Assembly: GCF_963921235.1 (NCBI RefSeq)
Contig: NC_086108.1
Coordinates: 104,720,001 to 104,784,000 of the forward strand
Origin: Mobula hypostoma
Lineage: Eukaryota
Reading direction: 5' to 3'
Length of the DNA: 64,000 bases
The notes under the pieces were generated by a model. It saw nothing but the letters and a program-made list of their open reading frames with translations. It ran no database searches and was not told where the DNA came from. Below, piece by piece: positions 11,690 through 22,821 of this stretch. The position numbers and the translations under genes are program-made. The stretch's first letter is position 1. The number at the start of each line of letters is the position of its first letter.

Positions 11690-12050
11690 ATCGAGGATAT
11701 CCTCAAGGAAGAATGCCTCAAAAATGTGGCATCCATCATTAAGGACCCCAACACCCAGAACAAGCCTTATTCTCATTGTTACCATCAGGAAGAAGGTATA
11801 GAAGCCTAAAAGCACACACCCAACATTTCTTCCCTCTGCCATCCAATTTCTGAACCTGCATTGAGTCCATGAACACTACCTCAATACTCCTTTTATTTTT
11901 ATTTTTGCGCTACTTATTTAATTTAATATGTATACTGACTGTAATTCAGACTTTTTTCTGTATTATTATGTATTGCGTTGTACTGCCACCACAAAGACAA
12001 CAGATTTCATGACATATGCCGGTGATATTAAACCTGATTCTAATGCTGAT
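11690..12050 (+). mobile_element. Rex1/Babar-like LINE 3' fragment
   Basis: IEDILKEECLKNVASIIKDPN (Rex1 C-terminus); tail ...ATTAAACCTGATTCT shared with copies at ~24660 and ~50150. Confidence 0.75.
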
Positions 12051-12132
12051 ATTTATGTACTCAGTGAGTCAACCCTCACAGCATTAATTGTGGGTGCCTG
12101 GGATCTTCATCCTCAGAAGCTTTTAGACCATC

Positions 12133-12777
12133 TGTGTGTATCAACCCAGGAAAGGTTTCACCGCTCGCGTAATGGTCTTTCTGCAGAAACAGTGTTTGGG
12201 TTTATGGTGAGAGATAACGGGTGCTTTGGAATGTGAGCCAAGTCCTTTGCTCAGCGGGAGACGACGAGAGAAGACGCTGGAGAGAACCGGTCAGAAGAGT
12301 CAACCCGGTGGGGGACCGTGATTCGATGGAGAAGTGCCGCAGGTGACTGAGGATCGGTGAATATGACTTTGGGAAGAGTTGAGCTCCAACTTGCGCACGT
12401 TTGACTGTTTAATTATAATGGGCCCTTTTTGTTTTTTTTCCCCTTTCTTTTCTTTACTAGCCCTTTAGTTAAGTTGCGATTCATAAATATAATTCCTTTA
12501 ATCGTATGAGGTGTGCTGTCTATTATTTCCTGGCACTGAGTTGTAACAGGGTAGCAAATTACACAGCATCCACACAAACCGGGGATTTGGGTGGTCGTTG
12601 TGGCTATCCCTCGAGATCGAGGACGATGGTTTTCATTCTGTTGATCTACTTATGGGCTCTCAAGTGGCTTATGAGTCCAATCTTGGATTTGGGTGGTAGG
12701 GCCATCTCAATCTCAAAGGTTCGGCAGGACCGGATTCCCTAGACTTGCGCAGACAAGGAAACCAGCGGAGTTCTATG
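12133..12777 (+). mobile_element. Probable solo LTR, interrupted by a short RTE tail
   Basis: Locally CpG-rich, starts TGTG, T-tract followed by ATAAA-like signal; no coding motifs; boundaries uncertain. Confidence 0.35.
12596..12684 (-). mobile_element. 89-bp extreme 3' end of an RTE LINE
   Basis: Minus strand encodes (SK)IGLISHLRAHK* (RTE C-terminal SRIGLxSH motif), then tail ...CCTCGATCTCGAGGGATAGCCACAACG; 13-bp TSD GGATTTGGGTGGT at 12583-12595 and 12685-12697. Confidence 0.8.
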
Positions 12778-12969
12778 TGTAAATTACTTTGTCCCAACAT
12801 GGGTATCTATAAGACATCATATTTAGATAATATCAACTGGTAGCAAACAGTATAAATGTCAGAAAGCATAGAGGATTGTTAGGGATTGACATGGAGCAGG
12901 ACAGAAAGACAAGAGTGACAGGAAGAATTGAAAATACACGTGGACTAAGATGTTAACTGTCCTGTGCTA

Positions 12970-13088
12970 TCACCAGTGGGATCATCAGTTGATCTGCCAC
13001 CTGTCTTCAGGAGTTTTGACTCGCTTATGATCAAGACTCCCTCCAGGTGGTGGGTCAGCAGTGTTAACGCACCACCTCCCACTGGTGA
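12970..13088 (+). other. Nested inverted repeats forming a long stem-loop of unknown origin
   Basis: Three nested stems (12, 16 and 10 bp) with no mismatch other than G-U on the + strand. Confidence 0.75.
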
Positions 13089-13669
13089 GCTTACAAACTT
13101 GGCATCTGCCTCTATCAGAAGAAGTAGAGTTCATTCCTCAACCTTCGGTTCAACAACGGACAACTCGTTGGTATTTTCTTTTCGTTCGTAAGAATTCTAC
13201 CTGTGTTTGGAAATCCTTTGTAGTTTATAAATCATTTGGAATTTAGAAATCTTTTATAAATCAGAAATCCTCTGAGTGCTAAATGTGTGTTAAGAGCTAT
13301 TTGCCAAAATTTAAATGAGTATCATTAAAAATAAATAAACAGTGATTAAACTACTTTGTTAGCTGGAAGGGTCTCCTCCTTGGTAGGGAGGGGGGGACCC
13401 ACCACTCAAGCGGTGGGTAGTGGCAGCCAAACCTTGCCACAGAGACTAGACAGGGAAGTAAGCTGGTTGCTGAAGAGTAGGTGATACAGTATAACCTCCC
13501 TGTAGCAAGGGTATCTGCAGATACCTACGTGTGTCAGATAGGGCTTAAAATTTTCCTTCCATTTGAGGACTTTGCAAACAGGGAACTCAATACCATCACA
13601 TCCCACTCGTATCAGACTTTTGGACCGATCATCCCCGTTCTCAACTGTACTGCCACATTCTTGAACCCT

Positions 13670-14272
13670 GGATTCTATCTCTCGGACCACTTAGTTGAGC
13701 ACCTTTGCACCATCCTCCACAAGCGGGACTTCCCGGTGGCCATGCATTTTAATTCTCTTCCCATTCCTGTTCCAACATGTCAGTCCATGGTCTCCTCTTG
13801 TGCTGTGCTGATTTCACCCTCAAGCTGGAGGAGCAACACCTTGTATTCGGTCTGGGTGGCCTCCAACCTGATAGAATGAATATCGATTTCTACCTTCTGC
13901 TAACAAATTTTCCACTCCCCCTCCTCTATTTCCCATTTGAACCTTTTACCTCTTCTCATCCACCTATCACTTCCCCTCAGGTCCCATCTTCCTTCCCTCT
14001 CTCCTATTGTTCACTCTCCTCTCCTTTCAGGTTCCTTCTTCTCCAGACCTTGATCTTCCCCACCCACCTGGCTTCACCTACCACCTTCCAGCTAGACTCT
14101 TTCCCCTCACCGCACTTTTTTATTCTGCCACCTTCCTCCTTCCTCCTCAGTCCTGAAGAAGAGTATCGGCTGTGTACTCCTTTCCACAGATGCTGCCTGA
14201 CCTGCTGAGTTCCTCCAGCATTTTGTATGTGTTGCTCTGGATTTCCAGTATCTGCAGACTTTATTGTATTTA
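13670..14272 (+). mobile_element. PLE family 2: GIY-YIG C-terminal remnant, pyrimidine-rich tract and terminal repeat
   Basis: LSDHLVEHL...FPVAMHFNS, MSVHGLL...KLEEQHLVFGLGGLQPDRMNIDF; ends ...GATGCTGCCTGACCTGCTGAGTTCCTCCAGCATTTTG...TCTGCAGA. Confidence 0.85.
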
Positions 14273-14635
14273 TATTCTGTTGTTATATATTTAGTGCTTT
14301 CTTCATTACTTCTGTTTGCACTTCAGTCGTTATACCATTCTGCTGCCTTGTAATCGTCACCAACAAAGGTTGGTGGAGTTGTGGGTAGTGTAGGCTGGTT
14401 GTCAGAATCCAGAATATCACTGGCATATGTCACGAAATATGTTGTTTTGCAGTAACAGTGTGGTGCAATACATAATAAAATAAACTATATATTACAATAA
14501 GAAATATAAATTTATATAAGAATTATATTAAGCAGTGCAAAAAGAGAACAAAAAATAGTGAGATAGTGTACATGGTTTCATTGTCCATTCAGAAATCTGA
14601 TGGTGGTGGGGAAGAAGCTGTTCTTAAAAGCATCG

Positions 14636-15200
14636 ATTAGATTATGAAGACACGTAGTCCTCTTTTATTGTCATTTAGTAATGCATACATTAAGAAATGA
14701 GACAATATTTCCTCCGGTGTGATATCGCAAAACACAAGACAGACCAAGACTGAAAAAACTGACAAAACCACATAATTATAACATATAGATACAACAGTGC
14801 AACGATACCATAACTTGATGAAGAAGTCCATGAGCACAGTGAAGTTCAAAGTTTCTCAAATGTCCCACATCTCACGCAGGCGGGAGAAGGAAGAAAAACT
14901 CACCCTGCCATGCCGACCACAATCCGATTCTGAGTCATCTGAAAACTTCGAGCTCTGATCAGCTCTCCGACACCGAGTACTGAGCGCCATCTCTGTCCGA
15001 ATGATTCAACCTCCTTCTCAGTAACCAAAAGCAGGCAAGGCCGGGGACTTTGAGGCCTACCCTCCGAAAGATTCCCGATCACACAGTAACGACAGCAGCG
15101 AACGGGTGTTTCAGAAATTTCTCCAGATGTTCCTCTGTGCTTTCACGTCCATTCTACATCAAATCAGAATTGTCCACAGCCCCTATTTAACGCATACGAG
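14636..15200 (-). mobile_element. Non-autonomous LINE-derived element (copy 1)
   Basis: Clearly similar to 25411-26076; minus-strand end AATAAA...CATAATCTAA. Confidence 0.7.
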
Positions 15201-15804
15201 ACCGTATGTCTCTTCAGGGTTCTGTACCTCGCCCTTGATGGTAGCAATGAGAAGAGGGCATGCCCTGGATGATGAGGTCCTTAATGACAGTTGGAGGTAT
15301 GGCCTTTTGAAGATGTCCTCAATGCTGAAGAGGCTAGTATCCATGATGGAGTTGGTAGAGTTTGCAACTTTCTGCAGCCTTTTTTGATCCTGTGCAGTGG
15401 TCTCCCCAAACTAGATGGTGGTCCAACCAGTTAGAAAGCTCTGCACATTACATCTACAGAAATTTCTAAGTCTTTGGTAACTTACTAAGTCTCCTCAAAC
15501 TCCTAACGAAATATAGCTGCTGCCGTGCCTTCTTTGTATCTGCGTCAATATGTTGAGCTCAAGATAGATCTTCAGATACAGCATGTTGACACCCAGAAAC
15601 TTGAAATTGCTCACACTTTCCACTGCTGATCCCTCGATGAGGGCTGGTGTGTGTTTGTTTGACTACCCCTTCCTGAAGTCCACAATCAATTCCTTGGTCT
15701 TACTGCCATCGATTGCAAGCCTGTTGTTGTGACACCACGCTAACAGCTGATCTATCTCGCTCCTGTACACCTTCTCGCCACCATCTGAAACTCTGCCGAC
15801 AATA

Positions 15805-16512
15805 GAAACTTAGACATAGAAACATAGAAAATAGGTGCAGGAGTAGGCCATTCGGCCCTTTGAGCCTGCACCGCCATTCAGTATGATCATGGCTGATCAT
15901 CCAACTCAGAATCCTGTACCTGCCTTCCCTCCATACCCCCTGATCCCTTTAGCCACAAGGGCCATATCTAACTCCCCCTTAAATATAGCCAATGAACTGG
16001 CCTCAACTGTTTCCTGTGGCAGAGAATTCCACAGATTCACCACTCTCTGTGTGAAGAAGTTTTTCCTAATCTCGGTCCTAAAAGGCTTCCCCTTTATCCT
16101 CAAACTGTGACCCCTCATTCTGGACTTCCCCAACATCGGGAACAGTCTTCCTGCATCTAGCCTGTCCAATCCCTTCAGGATTTTATATGTTTCAATAAGA
16201 TCCCCCCTCAATCTTCTAAATTCCAACGAGAATAAGCCTAGTTCATCCAGTCTTTCATCATATGAAAGTCCTGCCATCCCAGGAATCAATCTGGTGAACC
16301 TTCCTTGTACTCCCTCTATGGCAAGGATGCCTTTCCTCAGATTAGGGGACCAAAACTGCACACAATACTCCAGGTGTGGTCTCACCAAGGCCTTGTACAA
16401 CTGTAGTAGTACCTCCCTGCTCCTGTACTCAAATCCTCTCGCTATAAATGCCAGCATACCATTCGCCTTTTTCACCGCCTGCTGTACCTGCATGCCCACT
16501 TTCAATGATTGG
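15805..16512 (-). mobile_element. Relatively young CR1 3' end
   Basis: Uninterrupted 199-aa ORF 15906-16505 (LVRPHLEYCVQFWSP...FFTQRVVNLWNSLP); (TTTCTATG)n-type tail at ~15805-15832. Confidence 0.95.
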
Positions 16513-17129
16513 TGTCAGAAAGTTTACAGATGACATTTGAACTGTATCTAGCCACATAGTTGTGAGTGTAGGAAGTTGAGCAGCGGGCGAAGCACGTACT
16601 CTTGCCATGCACCAGTGATACTCCTTGAGATGTGAGGAGGAGGTGTTTCCTATCCGCACTGACTGCAGTCAAGGTCTACCTTGCGGAGGGATGTACAGAG
16701 GCCCAGGTTTTGGAGCTTGTTGATTAGTACTGAGGGGATGATGGTATTGAACTCTGAGCTGTAATCAATAAACACCAGGCTGACATAAATATTGCTATTG
16801 ACCAAGTGCCTATAGCTCGAGTAGAAGAGCAGCCAGGTGATTGGATTTTCCAAACTGTGGACGTGAAATGGCACGTTAAGTGTTTTTGATGGTGATTTAA
16901 CAGTGGTCAAGTGTGTTGGCTCCTCAGGTTCCTCAGGTGATATGTTGGTGGTAGTTGTTCAGAGACTTCTTCAAGCTGGCCTGGTTGAAATCCCCTGTGT
17001 CGATAGGGAAGACATGAGGGTGTTTTGTGTCATGACTGCAGGTCACAGGTCACAGGGCTCAGTTCCTCCAGTGCTTGGCTGATGTTGGCCTGAGGTAGAA
17101 CGTACACCACCACCAGGATGTCCAGATGG

Positions 17130-18075
17130 TCTGCTGTGTTGTGAAGTGACAGATGGAGTTTAACCTGGAAACAAGTGAAGTGATTCATGTTGGAAAGCCG
17201 GATTTGAAGGAAAAATATTGGTCACACTTCGGTTCAGTTCTGGTCATTGGAGGAAGGATGTAGAAGTTATAGAGAGGCTGCAGAGGAGATTTACCAGTGT
17301 GTTGCCTGGATTGGAAAGCACTTTTCATAAGAATAGTGGGCACGTGGCCAAGTGGTTAAGGCATTGGACTAGCGACCTGAAGGTCGTGAGTTCGAGCCCC
17401 AGCCAAGGGAATGTGTTGTGTCCTTGAGCAAGGCACTTAATCACACATTGCTCTGCGACGACACCGGTGCCAAGCTGTATGGGTCCTAATGCCCTTCCCT
17501 TGGACAACATCAGTGGCATGGAGAGGGGAGACTTGCAGCATGGGCAACTGCTGGTCTTCCATACAACCTTGCCCAGGACTGCGCCCTGGAGAGTGAAGAC
17601 TTTCCAGGCGCAGATCCATGGTCTCGCAAGACTAACGGATGCCTATATTTCATAAGAATAGATTGAGTGAGTTATATCTTTTCTTTTTGGAGTGAAGGCA
17701 GATGAGAGATGATTGTGTAGAAGTGTACAAGATGTTCGGAGGCATAGTTTGAGTGGACAGCCGGAGACATTTTCCCATGGCGGAAATAGTTAATCTGAGG
17801 TGACATTATTTTAATGTGATTGCAGGAAAGCACAGGGTGAGGTCAGAGGTAAAATTTATTAACAGAGAGTGGTGAGTGTGTGGAACACACAACTTGGATT
17901 GGTGATAGAGGATGATGCATTAGAGACATTTGAGAGACTATTAGATAAACACATGGATGATAGAAAAGTAGAGGGTTATGTAGCAGGGAAGGGTTAGAAT
18001 GATCTTGGAGCAGATTAAAAGGTCCGAGCAACACTGTGAGCTGAATGGCTTGTACTGTTCCGTAACAATGTATGT
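17130..18075 (+). mobile_element. Old CR1 3' portion interrupted by a SINE
   Basis: WRKDVEVIERLQRRFTSVLPGLE and downstream CR1 3' motifs. Confidence 0.75.
17337..17647 (+). mobile_element. tRNA-derived SINE with RTE-type tail
   Basis: A box TGGCCAAGTGG 17345-17355; B box GTTCGAGCC 17390-17398; GTCCTTGAGCAAGGCACTTAA body motif; 14-bp TSD TTTCATAAGAATAG at 17323-17336 and 17648-17661. Confidence 0.92.
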
Positions 18076-18169
18076 TCTATTTATTGGTTTATTTATTATG
18101 ACCGTGTATATGGTTCATTCGGAGCTTCACTTAATAAATAAATTTCATTGCACCTTGGTGTATGTAGCC

Positions 18170-18760
18170 ATAAGACTTGGAAGGAGAGCTAGTCCATTCG
18201 GTCCATCGAGTCTGCTCTGCCATTCTATCATGACTGATTTATTTTCCCCCTCAACCACATTCTCCTGCCTTCTCCCCATAACCTTTGATGCCCTGACCAA
18301 TCAAGAGCCTATCAGCCTCCTTTTAAATTACACCCAATGTCTTGGCCTCCACAGCCATCTGCAGCAATGCATTCCACAGATTCACCACCCTCTGGCTAAA
18401 GAAATTCTTCCCATCTCTAAAAAGAGAAAATCTGCAAATGCTGGAAATCTGAACAACCGACAACATGCTGGAGGAACTCAGCAGGCCAGGCAGCATCTAT
18501 GGAAAAGAATACAGTCAATGTTTTGGGTCCCGCCAAAGTGTTTTGACCAGAAAAGTCAACTGTACTCTTTTCCATAGAAGCTGCCTAGTGTGCTGAGTTC
18601 CTTCAGCATTTTGTGCACCAACTTTATCTCTGTTCTAATGGGATGTTCTTCTCCTCTGAGGCTGTGTCCTCTGGTCCTAGACTCTGTCACTATAAGAGAT
18701 CCTCTTCATGTCTACTTGCTCTGGGCCTTTCAATGTTTGATAGGTTTCAATGAGATCCCC
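18170..18760 (-). mobile_element. CR1 3' fragment hosting a PLE palindrome
   Basis: CCACAGATTCACCACCCTCTGGCTAAAGAAATTC...ATCTCTGTTCTAA continues across the insert. Confidence 0.8.
18419..18625. mobile_element. Palindromic PLE-terminus mini-element
   Basis: Inverted arms (GCTGGAGGAACTCAGCA...TGCTGAGTTCCTTCAGC); ATCTCT duplicated at 18413-18418 and 18626-18631. Confidence 0.75.
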
Positions 18761-19029
18761 CCCCCCCCCACCCCCTCATTTGACCCTGACTAAATTCATA
18801 CAGCAAGGAAACAGTTCCTTTGGCCCAACTGATCCATACTAAACAAGATTCCCAAATATGCCAACCACCTTTTCTTTCCTGGTATCTATCCAAGTTCCTT
18901 TGGAAATGTCATTGGTGTATTGGCCTCAACTACTTCCTCTGGCGGTTCATTCCATAAATGGGCCACCTTCTGGGTGGAAGAAGTTGACAATGGACTAAAC
19001 CTGAGGCCTTGTAGATGTTCTCTAAGGGG

Positions 19030-19221
19030 CTGGAGGAACTCAGCAGGCCGGGCAGCATCCGTGGAAAAGATCGGTCGATGTTTCGGGCCAGAACCCTTCG
19101 TCAGGCCTGGAACGTCGACCAATCTTTTCCACGGATGCTGCCCGGCCTGCTGAGTTCCTCCAGCATGTTGTGAGTGTTGCTTTGACCCCAGCATCTGCAG
19201 ATTATTTTGTGTTTATTGTTG
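19030..19221. mobile_element. Palindromic PLE-terminus mini-element
   Basis: Near-perfect inverted arms; TSD TCTAAGGGG at 19021-19029 and 19222-19230; minus-strand CUGACGA-AGGG...CCC-GAAA core. Confidence 0.88.
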
Positions 19222-19239
19222 TCTAAGGGGTTCTGAGAG

Positions 19240-19555
19240 TGCCATGGTAGCATAGCACTTAACGCAAGGCTATTACAGCTCAGGGTGTAGGTTCAATTCC
19301 AGTATCCTCTGTAAGGAAGTTAGTGCATTCTTCTCACGTGTACATGGGTTTCCTTTGGCTTCTGTCTGTAATGAGTTTGTACATTCTCCCACATGGTTTT
19401 CCTCCAGGTGCTCCAGTTTCCTCCCAGAGTATAAAGATGAACCAGTTAGTATGTTAACTGGTCTTTGTTAATTGACCTGTCATTAGGCTAGGGTTAAATA
19501 GGTGGGTTGTTGCAACTCAATGGTTGGAGAGGCCTTTTCCACGCTGTATCTCAAA
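19240..19555 (+). mobile_element. V-SINE/HE1-like SINE
   Basis: tRNA-like head with GGTTCAATTCC; V-domain GGTGCTCCAGTTTCCTCCCA...AAAGA; CR1-like tail GCTGTATCTC. Confidence 0.8.
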
Positions 19556-20859
19556 GTTTTAAAAGATGAACAAAATAATGATCTGAGGAACATAGGCACT
19601 GGGGGACAAGAGGAAGACATTCAACTCCTTTAGCTTGTTCCACCAGTCAACTAGACAATGCTCGGTCTGCATTACATCTAGCCAACTTGGTTCCATTAAT
19701 CTTAATTCAATTGCCCAATTCTACCTGAGATTTTTTCACTCTGTGTCATTTTCAATTCATGACTGGTTTATCCCCTGCCCCCTCCCTTCCCTACCTGGTT
19801 CTGATTTTGACTGCTATTCTCCTCTCACCTAATGGTTGCTGTTCTCGCCTTCTTTACTTATCAAAGTCCTGCACTGGGAGCCTTTTGGATTCCTGTTTAT
19901 CTCCCTCCAGCAGTTGTCTTCTACCTTCACCCTCCCTTCTCCTCACTTCGCTCCACCTGCCTCTCGTGTTTGTTTTGTTGTTGTCTGGCTCCAGCTATGA
20001 TCTACCTGCCATTTCCCCTCAACCTCACCTTTGCACCCTTCCACTTCCTGCCCATCATCTGGCACCCCTTCCTCAGTCCTCCGATCACCTTGGACACCCG
20101 TGTCACAGCTCCCTCTCACCTCTTTACACTGGCTATCTCTGCAAGCCCTCCTCCACTCCACAAGCCTCAGCCATGTTAGAGTCACAGAACTTCGCAGCAC
20201 AGAAACAAGCCTTTTGGAACACCTATTCCATGCTGAACTCTTAATTCGCCTAGACTATTGAGCTGCACCTGGATTGTAGCCCTCTAGACCGCTTCCATTC
20301 ATGTACCTACCTCAAACTTCTCTTAAATGTTGAAATTGAACATATACTCACCACTTGTGCTGGCAGCTCGTTCCACACTCTTGCCACCCTTGGAGTGAAG
20401 AAGATCCCCCTCTTGTTTCCCTTAAGCATTTCACCTCTCACCCTTTCCCCATGACCCACCTCTCTCAATGTCAGTGGAAAACGCTTGCCTGCATTTCCTC
20501 AATCAGTACCCTTCAGAATAGATGCAGGGTTTCAACCTGAAAGTTTGGCAATTCTTTCTCGCCCCACCAACGGGTCCTCCTCAACCTCCTTTGCACCTCC
20601 GGCATATTGTTCGTTGCTTCTTGGGGTCTATTCCTGTCCCTATTTCTTCTGAGCTCGAGATCGGGGAGTTGCTTTACTTCTGTGCAGAAACTTGCTGTAG
20701 CTGCCTTATTGCTTCAGTGGTCTGTATGTTCCATTTTGCTAGTCTGTGTTCTCTTTAGATGACAACCGGGGGTCAAGGGCTGTGCATAGGCAGTGAAGGG
20801 GAACCCAGGGCAGTGTCAGCCAAGGCACACTTGCTTACACTCTTGCTCCTGTTCACCAC

Positions 20860-21460
20860 ATTGATTCCAAAGTCAAAGTAAATTTATTATCAATCTACAT
20901 ATATATCATTATATATATATTCATTTTCTTGCAGGCATTTACAGTAAATATGAAGATTTATGAATGCATAACCAAATACTAACAACATGGCAAGCAACCA
21001 ATGTACAAAAGAAGATAAATTGTGCAAATAAGTAAATAGATAGAGGGACAGATAAATAAGTAAATAATACCGAGAACATGAGTTGTCGAGTCCTTAAAAG
21101 TGAGCTGTTTGTTATGGGATCAGTTCAGAGCTGGGTGAGTGAAGTTATCCACGCTGGCTCAGGAGCCTGATGGATGTAGGGTAATTACTGTTCCTGAACC
21201 TGGTGGTGTGGGACCTAAAGCTTTTGTTCCTCCTGCACAATGGCAGTAGCAAAAAGAGAGCATGGCCTGGATAGTGGGACTCCCTGATGACTGATGCTGC
21301 TTTCTTGTCGTATTGTTTCTTGTACATGTGCTCCATAGTGGGGAGGGCTGAGAACGTGATGGACTGGGCTGTATCCACCATTGTCTATAGAGTTGTTCAT
21401 TCCTGTGCACTGGCAATGTAACCAGTTAGGATACTTTCTGCTGTGCATATTTAGAAGGCA
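20860..21460 (-). mobile_element. Rex1/Babar-like 3' fragment
   Basis: ORF 21145-21381 VDTAQSIT...KAASVIRESHYPGHALFLLLP...TTRFRNSNYPTSIRLL. Confidence 0.85.
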
Positions 21461-21619
21461 ATATTGATTCTTAAATCAGAATCATAATCAGTTTTATTAT
21501 CACTGATAACTTCATGATTTCAGTTGTGTTACAGCGGCAGTACAGTTTAATATAAAATTTATTGTAACTAACAATAAAAAATATTAAAAATAGTGTAGAA
21601 TGAGAACAAAAGAGCACGT

Positions 21620-21800
21620 TCTCCTCATGAAACGCTGGGTGCTCCGGTCTTCCCCCACAGTCCAAAGACATACCAGTTAGGTGCTTAATTGGTCATTGTA
21701 ACTTGTCCTGCGATTAAGCTAAAGTTAAATTGCTGGGTGGTGTGGATCATTAGTCCAGAAGCGCTTGTTCCGCACTGTATCTCCAGATAAAGAAAATTAA
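21620..21800 (+). mobile_element. V-SINE/HE1-like SINE, 5'-truncated
   Basis: GGGTGCTCCGGTCTTCCCCCACAGTCCAAAGAC V-domain and tail. Confidence 0.75.
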
Positions 21801-22289
21801 AACTGATACATGCCAACCAAGTTCTCATCTATGTGAGTCACCTTTCCTTTCCATGTACCTGATCGAGTAACTTTTCAAATGCTGTTGGTGTACCTGCCTG
21901 CCAGCCACTTCCTCTCTTCCTCTGGCAGCTGATTGCATAAATGGATCACCCTCTGGGAGGAAGAAGTTGACAATGAGCTAATCCTGGGATCCTGGTTGAT
22001 GTTCCCAAGGGGTTGGAGATATAATGATATGATGCTGTCTGGACAGTAAATGACATTAAATAATGAAATTCAAACAATTTACAGAACCATACACGGAAAT
22101 AATTGTCCTGAACTCATGTTCTCAGTAATATTTATTCTTTTATTTGCTCAGTCTGTCTGTATTTTACAAATTGGTTGTTTGTCAGTCTTTGTTTATGCAT
22201 GTATTGTTCATAAATTCCATAGTATTTCTTTATTTTCCTGTAAATGCCTACAAGAAAATGAATCTCGAGATAGCATATGGTGACATGTA

Positions 22290-22821
22290 CACGCAGTGGC
22301 CACTTTATTAGGTACCTCCTGTATTGAATCAAGTGGCTACTGACTGTATGTTCATGGTCTTCTGCTGCTGTAGCCCATCCACCTCAAGATTTGACACACT
22401 GTGAGTTCAGAGATGTTCATCTGGACAACACTGGTATAACACATGGTTATTTGAATTACTGTTGCCTTCCTGACAGCTTGCACCAGTCTGGCCATTATCC
22501 GCTGACCTCTCTCATGAACAAGGCGATTTCACCCACCAAACTGCCACTCACTGGATTTTTTTTTTGCACCATTTTCCGTAAACTCTAGAGACTATTGTGT
22601 GCAAAAATCACCCTAGGAAATCAGCATTCCTGAGATACTCAAACCGCCCTATCTGGCACCAACAATCATTCCATGATCAAAGAAACTTAGATCACATTTA
22701 CGCTCTGTCTGACCAACAAATGAACCTCTTGACCATATCTGTATGTTTTTATGCATTGAGTTGCTGTCACATGATATTTGCATTAATAAGCAGGGGCACG
22801 TAATAAAGTGGCTACTAAGTG
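22290..22821. mobile_element. Tc1/mariner-type non-autonomous DNA transposon (MITE)
   Basis: TIRs CACGCAGTGGCCACTTTATTAGG / TAATAAAGTGGCTACTAAGTG; TA on both flanks (22288-22289, 22822-22823). Confidence 0.85.

Larger units (their letters stand above)
14400..16810 (-). mobile_element. Fragmented Rex1/Babar-like LINE carrying two nested insertions
   Basis: ORF 16650-16910 VFIDYSSEFNTIIPSVLINKLQNLGL (Rex1 RT); C-terminal and 3' UTR segments at 15200-15800 and 14400-14630. Confidence 0.75.

Noticed and set aside
12955..12985. Short resemblance to a 7SL RNA segment (GTGCT.ATCA..AGTGGGATC)
   Set aside because: Too short, and no other SRP RNA elements are visible
12596..13190. Single RTE-tailed element containing the 12970 hairpin
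   Set aside because: The 13-bp TSD limits the RTE piece to 12596-12684, so the hairpin is separate
17337..17405. tRNA gene
   Set aside because: It is the head of a TSD-flanked SINE; no proper acceptor stem or Pol III terminator
19635..20261. Overlapping ORFs in pyrimidine-rich DNA
   Set aside because: Low-complexity sequence, probably an old PLE-type pyrimidine tract; no protein motifs
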